Source: Chloroflexota bacterium
GTDB taxonomy: Bacteria; Chloroflexota; UBA11872; VXOZ01
Length of the DNA stretch: 64,000 bases
Direction: 5' to 3'
Assembly: GCA_965221905.1 (NCBI GenBank)
Contig: OZ244922.1
Span: 1,440,001-1,504,000, forward strand
In this document: piece after piece, positions 48,600-56,457 of the stretch
Layout of the letters: every line of letters starts with the position of its first letter
How positions within the stretch are numbered: the first letter of the stretch is position 1
Notes under the pieces: generated by a model
Database searches by the model: none
The model's input: only the letters and a program-made list of their open reading frames with translations
Told to the model about the DNA's origin: nothing
Made by a program: the position numbers and the translations under genes

Positions 48600-51385
48600 C
48601 CCTGCTCATCCCCAAACTTGATTGCCTCGTGAATGCGCATTCGTGTGAGCATGGAAATGATCACAGGCACGGCGATGGCAAGTATTACAGCCAAGATGAG
48701 GTAAATCTTGGCAATGTCACTCCAGGCGGTTACCACGACGAATGAAGGGATGTTGGCATGTTCGCCGGTCTTAATCTGAAGGAATGGTATGAATACCCGT
48801 CCTGCAATCACGCCAAATGTCGTGCCGATTGCAACTCCCATGACTATAAGGAAGCCTTGTTCGAAAATATAGAGACTAATCAACTGTCGAATAGAGAGCC
48901 CCATGGCGCGCAGGATGCCGAAGTCCTGCATGCGACGTTGGAATGAGAGCAGCGAATAGGTGAGGAAGCCAAGGACTGTTAGGAGAATGGCGATCAAGAA
49001 ACCAACGGTCAGCATGCCGAAAACCCCGGTCCGCCGCGGGTCGTCACGTTGTGAAATCACTTTTTCGCGCGTATCTTGGGTGCGCACGACGATGAAATCT
49101 AGTTCTCGCAGCTTCTCTTCCATGGCTTCGATGTCGGCATTCGCATCGGTCTTGACCCATGCGTCATAGGGGCCGATACCGATATTGTCAAAGATATAGT
49201 CCAGGTTGGCAATAGCGAAGTAATCGGTGTCGGGAAACTGGGTGGGGAAGTAGTCTACCCAATCAACAATGACAAAGTCGAGCTGTTGCTGCCGCAAGTT
49301 GATGCGCACGCGGTCGCCCACCTTCAACTTATGGTCGATCATGAAGTTGGCGCTGGCAAGAATCGCATCCGGCTGAGCGGCAAGCTCATTCATCAACGTG
49401 ACGAGCGAACGGTGCGCAAAATCAGGACGCCAGTACATTACGTTTACGGCATCCCACGGATCGAGAGCGACGATCTGGATTTCCGGTGTGGCGCGGTCGG
49501 GCAAAATAGCGTTGCCTTTGCTGTCCCAATAACGGGCGGCGGCTGTGATCTCTTCAAGCAGCAGGTGGTCGGAGAACGGCGGGATGTACCATTGCTCCAG
49601 TTCCTCATCGTAGTCGCCGGACTCGTAGAATGCCATGTCGGCGCCGATGCGATAGTAGACGGAGTCTGAATGGTTGCGCGTGAGAGTGGCAGCCACGGAT
49701 GCACTAAAGGTACCAATAGCCAACGTCAGTACGAGAAGCAAGAGCAAGCTGTTGTACTGGCCCGCAGAGCGAGAGATGTGGCGGAGGCCCAGGAGGATCG
49801 ACACCCCCCAGAAGCGGTTACCGATACGCGTAACCAACTCGACGATGTAGGGGAAGAGCCTTACGAATAGCAAAGCCATGCCGAACATGAAGACGGAGGG
49901 CACAACGAGTAGCAGCGGATTGGAGAAGACGTTGCCCTCTTCTCCTAGTACGATGACCTGTCGTTGGTCTTGCAGCAAGCGATAGCCATAGAATGACAAC
50001 CCCAGGAGGAGAATGTCGAGGAAAAAGCGCTGCCACCAAGGACGCCTAAGCTTTCGTGAGGCTTCCTGTTTGAAAGTGACGATGCTGTGTCTGGCCGCGG
50101 CGGCAGCAGGCATCAAGGCAGCGCCAATGGAGAGCGCAATTGCGGCAAGGGCATAGTTAAACGTGTTTGTCGTAATTGTAATTGGCAGCGGGTCGCGGCC
50201 GATAAACGTTAGAAACGTGTACGTGCGCGCGATGAGCTGGGCCAAGTAGACTCCCAGCACAGGTCCAACCACGAGTGCCAAGATGCCAATCATGCCGCCT
50301 TCCAGCAGGTAGATGCCGATGATCTGCCAGGTGCTCGCCCCCCGGCTCTTGAGTACCGCGATTTCGTTACGCTGGCGGTCAACAACCATCGAAGAGGCAA
50401 TGCCAATGTAATAGAGCACAATGCCAATGACGGGAGCCGAAAGAATGAAGAGCAATATCTTGAGGAAGAAGAGGTCCCGCAAGTACCGCAGCAGGATATC
50501 CTCGGGAGAGATGTCGATCTTTACCTTGCCCAATATGGTGCCCAGAGTGGAACGAATCTCACTAATCCCCGTTATGATGTACCTGGCGTTGTTCGCATTA
50601 ATCGCATCGACGTCAAAGACCGAAAACCAGGTGTATTCATAGCCGATCTCTTCATAATCGGACAGGACTACATCAATGAAAGTCTCATCGGGCACTATGA
50701 GGCCCTCTTTGAAGTATTGAGGGTGATAGAACCAGTAAATCTCGTTGGGATCGTTTGGGAACCAACGGCCAACGACCTTCACTTCGATTGGTTCCGGCTC
50801 GCCTCCCGGTCTTTGGAAGCGGACGAATAGATGGTCGCCGACTTCAGCCCCTATTGCATCCAGCTTTTCAGTCATTACCACGGCTTCGATGAAGGGATCG
50901 CCGGACTTTGCCGGATTGGCGTAGCGTCCCTCCAATATGCGGACGTGTTTATCGAAGTCCGTGGCGAACGCGATAAACCCCCAGTCGGCGAATTGGCGCG
51001 ATGAAAAGCTGACCTCATCACCACTGGTAAGTATGGCCATGTGTTCGGTCTGGCCGTAGCGGGTTGAGAGGAGTAATGGGATGCCCATCTCGGTTGGCGC
51101 CGTCACCCGCATGTACTCGTCTGCTTGTTGGTACTGCAGGAGTGAGATGTTGGTCTCGTTCTTCTGCTCGAACTTGCGGATCAGAAGACTGGCTCTTGGT
51201 TGCGCCTGTCGCGATTCCGTATCGCGCAGCGCGCGGTGCAAGAGCATCTCGCTCATGCCTTCAGAGTAAAGCGGGACGCTAGAGACAAGGGTGACCGTAA
51301 CCACCAAGCCGAGGATGGTGGAGAAGACTATATTGATGTTGTTGAGCAGACGCTTGGTAACTAAGACCAGAATTGAATAGGTCAT
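48596..51385 (-). CDS. FtsX/MacB-type ABC permease (two ectodomains)
   Basis: RQRNEIAVLKSRGAS and RRMQDFGILRAMGLS coupling motifs. Confidence 0.93.
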   Translation of the reverse strand: MTYSILVLVTKRLLNNINIVFSTILGLVVTVTLVSSVPLYSEGMSEMLLHRALRDTESRQAQPRASLLIRKFEQKNETNISLLQYQQADEYMRVTAPTEMGIPLLLSTRYGQTEHMAILTSGDEVSFSSRQFADWGFIAFATDFDKHVRILEGRYANPAKSGDPFIEAVVMTEKLDAIGAEVGDHLFVRFQRPGGEPEPIEVKVVGRWFPNDPNEIYWFYHPQYFKEGLIVPDETFIDVVLSDYEEIGYEYTWFSVFDVDAINANNARYIITGISEIRSTLGTILGKVKIDISPEDILLRYLRDLFFLKILLFILSAPVIGIVLYYIGIASSMVVDRQRNEIAVLKSRGASTWQIIGIYLLEGGMIGILALVVGPVLGVYLAQLIARTYTFLTFIGRDPLPITITTNTFNYALAAIALSIGAALMPAAAAARHSIVTFKQEASRKLRRPWWQRFFLDILLLGLSFYGYRLLQDQRQVIVLGEEGNVFSNPLLLVVPSVFMFGMALLFVRLFPYIVELVTRIGNRFWGVSILLGLRHISRSAGQYNSLLLLLVLTLAIGTFSASVAATLTRNHSDSVYYRIGADMAFYESGDYDEELEQWYIPPFSDHLLLEEITAAARYWDSKGNAILPDRATPEIQIVALDPWDAVNVMYWRPDFAHRSLVTLMNELAAQPDAILASANFMIDHKLKVGDRVRINLRQQQLDFVIVDWVDYFPTQFPDTDYFAIANLDYIFDNIGIGPYDAWVKTDANADIEAMEEKLRELDFIVVRTQDTREKVISQRDDPRRTGVFGMLTVGFLIAILLTVLGFLTYSLLSFQRRMQDFGILRAMGLSIRQLISLYIFEQGFLIVMGVAIGTTFGVIAGRVFIPFLQIKTGEHANIPSFVVVTAWSDIAKIYLILAVILAIAVPVIISMLTRMRIHEAIKFGDEQG

Positions 51386-52296
51386 TGGGTAGTGCTTTGT
51401 TCTTCACCTTCTGCCAAGATGCCGGGCGGCAAGATGTCGATCTTAACCTCGCCGATTATTGCGGCCAGATTTGTGCGGATCTGGCTGACGCCCGCGTTGA
51501 CAGCATCAATGTTGCTCGGCTCTACGTCGAAGACCGAGAACCAGGTGTATTCATAACCAATATTCTCCCAGCCTGGAAGGATCACGTCGATGTACGTTGC
51601 CTCAGGTACCAAGAGTCCCTCGTTGAAATAGGGCGGATTGTAGAACCAGAACACTTCATTGGGGTCACTCGGGGACCAGCGTCCAACGATCTTTACCTCA
51701 ATTGGTTCCGGGTCTCCACCGGGCGGTCGATAGACCAGTATTAGGTGGTCGCCGACGTTTGCGCCGATTGCATCCAGTTTCTCGGTCATCATCACGGCTT
51801 CGATGAAGGGATCGCCGGACTCTGCCGGTTTGGCGTGGCGTCCTTCTAGAATTTGAACGTGCTCATCGAACTCACCGATAAATGCGATGAAGCCCCAAGC
51901 GGCGAATTGGCGTGATGACAGACTGGTGTCATCGCCCTTTGTGAGTATCGGCATGTACTCCGTTTGGGCATAGCGGGTGGACAGGAGAGGGGAAAGTCCC
52001 ATCTCAGCGGGCGCTGTACCCCGCAGGTAGTCGTCTGCCAATCTGTACTGCGGGAGTGAAATGCCTTTTTCATTCTTCTGCTCGAACTTGCGAATGAGCA
52101 GGCTTGCCTGAGTGGATGGCTGCTCGGATTCTACACCTTCTGTGGAACTACCAGGCAATCCGCCAAACTGCCCAGTATAGGGAGACCCGCAGGATACAAG
52201 AGATGCCATTACGACCAACCCAAGAATGCTCGTAAAGACGACACTGGCGCTCTGACGCAGGCGCCGGGTGACGAGATGCAGAGTGGAGTAGGTCAT
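51382..52296 (-). CDS. Stand-alone paralogue of the permease's first ectodomain; predicted lipoprotein
   Basis: Colinear with permease residues about 1-298; LVSC lipobox; stop overlaps the permease ATG. Confidence 0.8.
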   Translation of the reverse strand: MTYSTLHLVTRRLRQSASVVFTSILGLVVMASLVSCGSPYTGQFGGLPGSSTEGVESEQPSTQASLLIRKFEQKNEKGISLPQYRLADDYLRGTAPAEMGLSPLLSTRYAQTEYMPILTKGDDTSLSSRQFAAWGFIAFIGEFDEHVQILEGRHAKPAESGDPFIEAVMMTEKLDAIGANVGDHLILVYRPPGGDPEPIEVKIVGRWSPSDPNEVFWFYNPPYFNEGLLVPEATYIDVILPGWENIGYEYTWFSVFDVEPSNIDAVNAGVSQIRTNLAAIIGEVKIDILPPGILAEGEEQSTTQ

Positions 52297-52462
52297 GAGG
52301 TCGCTCTCTTTTTCCATGCTTCTCGTGGTTCGCCGCGAGTACCGCTTTTATCCGCGACTCATTGCGAACGGCTATGCGATTAGGAACCTACTACAGTTGT
52401 CTCTCGCAGCCGGCTTCTGTGAAGAGTGCTGCGCGCCCATTCTACAAAGGCCGTGCTTTTCA

Positions 52463-54514
52463 TCACTGGCCTTGTAGGATCACGAATCCCTCTTCCAAAC
52501 CGCTTAGGATTTCTACTTCGGTCTCGGTTTGGATCCCTATCTCTACGTTCTTGGCCCGTTTGATGTCGCCATCCATGAATTCAACGAACGTGCGTCTGCC
52601 GGAGCGTTTTACGGATTCGATAGGCACTTTGAGCACATTTTCCTTGTGCTGCACGGTGATGGTAACCCGCGCGAGCATGCCGATCTCTGCACCCGCTTTC
52701 GGCCAAACAACTTCTATCCGGATTGAGCGGTCTTGGATTACACCCTGAGTGGTGACGAGCGAGGTAGGCAGTTTCTTGATTATGCCCGTGAGCTCCTCAG
52801 ATGAGAATGCGTCAAGGGTCAGGTCCGCCACTTGCTCCAGTGCCAGTTTGGGAACATCATCTTCTGAAATATCGGCGGTGATGATGAGGTTTGTCGGGTC
52901 TGCGAGCCCAATAATAGGCCCGTATGCGCTCACACTCTCTCCCGCCTTGCCCTTGATGAACTGAATGACACCGTCAAATGGCGCCACAAGACGCGCATCG
53001 TCTAGCTGTTCGAGGAGCAACTCGTGGTTCGCCCGGTTGCGCTTGAGGTCATTTTGCAGCTTCGCGACATTGCCGGCGTCCGCGGCATTGATCAGTACCT
53101 GCTCCAGACTTGCTCTGGCCTTCTGCAGAGTTGCTTCCTTGTTCGCTAAGTTCAACTCGGCATCACGCACTTTCTCGGAGTCGACACCGGATTGAACAAT
53201 ATCCCAGGCCTCTTTGGCGACTTCTAGATCAGCCCTGGCCTTACCCACTGCAGCATCAGCCGCATTGCGATTCAATTCAGCCGTCGTCAAGTCTTTGGCA
53301 AGTGCATCCCCAACCTCCTGCAGCGCTTGCCGTGCCTTGTCCAACTCAAATTGCGCCATATCAAGAGTCGCCTGGGCCTCGGGCAATGGATTTGCCGACT
53401 CACCCTTGGCCAAGTCGTGCGCGAGCCGTGCTTTTTGAAGGTCGATCCACTTCTTTGCCATTTCCGTATTCGGCAATGGCGCAGTCACAGTAACTTTGGT
53501 GTCGCTTACTTGCCCATCCTGTATCGCATAGCAATTACTAGAACCTACGATTTGACACTCGCGGATGTTTGTTTCCCACTTAACTTCCTGCGCGACCTGT
53601 TTAAATCTCTTCTTTTCAGCGTCATCGTCTGGCTTTTCGTCCAATCGCTTTTGAGCATTTTTGAGCCTATTATCCTGGTCCCGGATTTCCCCGAGCAGCT
53701 TATCGAGTTCCGAATCCACCGCTCGCTGGGCAACGTTAAGCTGCCCTTCTGCATTCAAGACACTCGTGTCATCGCCGCCGGACTGCAGTCGACTAACGCG
53801 CGCCTGCGCGGCATTGAAAGCTTGGTCGGCGTTGCTGAACGCGAGTTCACGCTCTATCTTCAAGTCTACGGGCGCTCCCGCATGATAGGCATCGATGTCC
53901 TGTTGCGCCTTTGCATAGGCCTCTTGCGCTAGCAGCAGGGCGTTCTCAGCGGCGGCAAGGTCCGCAGCGGCCTTTGTGTAAGCAGTTTGTGCCTGCGCGT
54001 ACTCTGAGGAGGTAGGCCCGCCTTGGGCTTCCGCAAAGGCTTCACGCGCTTTTTCGATGTCGCGCTCGGCCTGTTCGACCGCGAGTTTCGCGATAGTGAC
54101 GTCTGCTTCGCCGGATGCGGCTTGGGTCCGCGCTTTCGTTAAAGTGCGCTCCAAGTCCTGCAAGGATAGTTCAGAATTCTGAATTGCCGTCTCCAGGTTT
54201 CCGGTCTCCAAATCAGCGAGCAGCGTGCCTTGAACCACGGCTTGGTTGTACTGAACATAAACGCCCTTCAAGCGGCCGTTTTGTTTGAAGAAGAGGCTCT
54301 CCTCGTTCTCTGCCACCACGCGGCCGAGGACACGCACCGCATCGATGATCGAGCCGCGAACTACTTTGACGGTGGGGCGGTCGACACTTCTTACAGGGCG
54401 CCTTACTATCTCTTCCGGCTCATCGTCACCTGAAATAAAGGGCAAGGACGGTACGCACGCTGTGAACAGCAATACGCCGCTCAACAGGATTGCAATGGCA
54501 GATCGTATATTCAC
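52463..54514 (-). CDS. HlyD/MacA-type adaptor (membrane fusion protein) with long coiled coil; predicted lipoprotein
   Basis: FTAC lipobox; lipoyl halves VVQGTLLADL / LVAPFDGVI; NVLKVP, VEILSGL. Confidence 0.9.
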   Translation of the reverse strand: MNIRSAIAILLSGVLLFTACVPSLPFISGDDEPEEIVRRPVRSVDRPTVKVVRGSIIDAVRVLGRVVAENEESLFFKQNGRLKGVYVQYNQAVVQGTLLADLETGNLETAIQNSELSLQDLERTLTKARTQAASGEADVTIAKLAVEQAERDIEKAREAFAEAQGGPTSSEYAQAQTAYTKAAADLAAAENALLLAQEAYAKAQQDIDAYHAGAPVDLKIERELAFSNADQAFNAAQARVSRLQSGGDDTSVLNAEGQLNVAQRAVDSELDKLLGEIRDQDNRLKNAQKRLDEKPDDDAEKKRFKQVAQEVKWETNIRECQIVGSSNCYAIQDGQVSDTKVTVTAPLPNTEMAKKWIDLQKARLAHDLAKGESANPLPEAQATLDMAQFELDKARQALQEVGDALAKDLTTAELNRNAADAAVGKARADLEVAKEAWDIVQSGVDSEKVRDAELNLANKEATLQKARASLEQVLINAADAGNVAKLQNDLKRNRANHELLLEQLDDARLVAPFDGVIQFIKGKAGESVSAYGPIIGLADPTNLIITADISEDDVPKLALEQVADLTLDAFSSEELTGIIKKLPTSLVTTQGVIQDRSIRIEVVWPKAGAEIGMLARVTITVQHKENVLKVPIESVKRSGRRTFVEFMDGDIKRAKNVEIGIQTETEVEILSGLEEGFVILQGQ

Positions 54515-55003
54515 GCGGCTCTTACCTCATCAAATTGCAGGACCTAATGTTCTAAGGAAGCTGAATGCCAAACACTGCTAGACTCGAATTAGCTCGGCTG
54601 GCTGCTGCACGCATAATTGCAGTGTACTCATATCCCATGCATGCTGTCTATCGCCCGACAAGCTGTCAAGGGAAATCTTATAGGATTCTTAGACATCTGC
54701 AGAATTTGTGAGCGACTGCGGACACCGAGCGACTTCGGGCACCAAAGTTGAAATCGTCTTGCGGTGCGCTTGGTGTGCGAACGCCAAGCGGCGTCAGGGA
54801 GTGCTGCGATTCGAGATTTATCCAATGTACCTAAAATGTTCCTAAGTGGTATAGTTTCTTTGTCAGTTGTCCCTTGCAAGGCAAAGGTGATATCCTCTTT
54901 CGGGTGTCCCAGGCAGCTTTTGGGGGCGCTGTTATAATGTGTTGTGAACAGGCGCTATGATGAAACTAGTGGACGCACCTACTCTTAGTTGGAGGTACTG
55001 GCG

Positions 55004-55279
55004 ATGACTCAGAGCGATCTAATCAAGGACATTGCGTCTCGGACGGGTACAACGCAGAAAGCCGCTAAGGAATTCATAGACGCATTTGTTGAGTCTGTCC
55101 AGGACTCGCTGAAGCGCGGTGAGAGTGTTGCACTGCCTGGTTTCGGCACGTTTCGTGTGGCACAGCGCGCGGCCCGGTCTGGGCGCAATCCACGGACGGG
55201 GGAGCCCCTTGAGGTTGCAGCTCGCAAGGCGCCTGTGTTCTCGGCGGGAACTGCCTTGCGCAAGTCTGTCGGCAGTTAG
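55004..55279 (+). CDS. hup: HU family DNA-binding protein
   Basis: GFGTF, RAARSGRNPRTGE, PVFSAG; GGAGG RBS. Confidence 0.96.
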   Translation: MTQSDLIKDIASRTGTTQKAAKEFIDAFVESVQDSLKRGESVALPGFGTFRVAQRAARSGRNPRTGEPLEVAARKAPVFSAGTALRKSVGS

Positions 55280-55309
55280 GGAATCCCGCCTCTCTCGTTT
55301 GTTGCTCAC

Positions 55310-56326
55310 GTGAAGAAAAACCTGTCAGCGCGGTCATTAGCACTATTGACCGCGCTGTTTGCGTTACTGCTGGCATGTGGCCCAATCCAGCAATCGGCTC
55401 TTCAAGGGCCGGTTCGCTTGGTGGTTCTTCCGGATGACGGCACGGAAGTGATCCTTTCATTGTTGCGTCGTGCCGATTTCTCCATAGACGTCATGGTCTA
55501 CCTTCTCTCCAGTAGGGAGATAGCAGAGGAATTGGCGGCGGCGCAGCAGCGCGGAGTACGAGTGCGGGTCCTACTTGAAGAAAACCCAGTTGGCGGCGGC
55601 GAAAGTAACCGTATTTCCCGCGAGAGTCTATCCGCCGCCGGTGTGGCAGTGCGTTGGACAGACCCAAGTTTCCGCTTTACGCATGCCAAAGTAATCCTTA
55701 TGGACGGTGTACAAGCAGCCATTATGACTCTGAACCTCACAGCTAGTTCGTTTCGTAACAATCGTGAGTTTGCCGTGCTAGTGGAAGACTCTTCCCTCGT
55801 TCTCTCTCTGGCTCAGCTCTTTCAAAGTGATTGGGATCGCGTGCCGTCTCCCGCAATCGACCTCCCACTTGTCATCAGCCCGATAAACTCTCGCAGTACC
55901 TTGCTCGACTTAATTCAGACTGCACACCATAGCCTTGAAGTCTACGTGCTCTCCTTGGAAGACGACCCTATTGCAACCGCGCTCGCGGCAGCGGCTAAGC
56001 GGGGAGTGCGCGTCCGGCTGGTAACGAATCCACCCTCCGGCCAAGACCCCTATGCGGACGAACGCGCTCTCTTGCGCGCCGAGGGCGGCATCGTGGGTTT
56101 TCTCCATCATCCGAACGTTCATGCCAAGACGGTTGTTGCGGACGGTCAGCGCGCATTTGTGGGCAGCCAAAATCTCACAGCCACATCCCTGGACCGAAAC
56201 CGCGAGGTGGGAATCCTCATTGATGATCCCGCAGCAATTCGGCGCTTACAACAGGTATTTGAAGCCGACTGGTCTCAAGCTACGCTGGAAGGATCCCCAG
56301 TGCATCTTCTCGCACCTGCCGCGTAG
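55310..56326 (+). CDS. Phospholipase D-like lipoprotein (two HKD motifs)
   Basis: LLAC lipobox; HAKVILMD and HAKTVVAD, GSQN, NRE. Confidence 0.88.
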   Translation: MKKNLSARSLALLTALFALLLACGPIQQSALQGPVRLVVLPDDGTEVILSLLRRADFSIDVMVYLLSSREIAEELAAAQQRGVRVRVLLEENPVGGGESNRISRESLSAAGVAVRWTDPSFRFTHAKVILMDGVQAAIMTLNLTASSFRNNREFAVLVEDSSLVLSLAQLFQSDWDRVPSPAIDLPLVISPINSRSTLLDLIQTAHHSLEVYVLSLEDDPIATALAAAAKRGVRVRLVTNPPSGQDPYADERALLRAEGGIVGFLHHPNVHAKTVVADGQRAFVGSQNLTATSLDRNREVGILIDDPAAIRRLQQVFEADWSQATLEGSPVHLLAPAA

Positions 56327-56457
56327 AGGGAACTACAGCCCTTTCTTGCAAATGTGGTCTCGCAAGTTAGACTTTTCGGCAATTTCGGTGAGATGCAATC
56401 GCCGACCCTTGCTCTATCCAAGACCCTCCTATATCCAAGGATATCCTTTTTCCTTGA

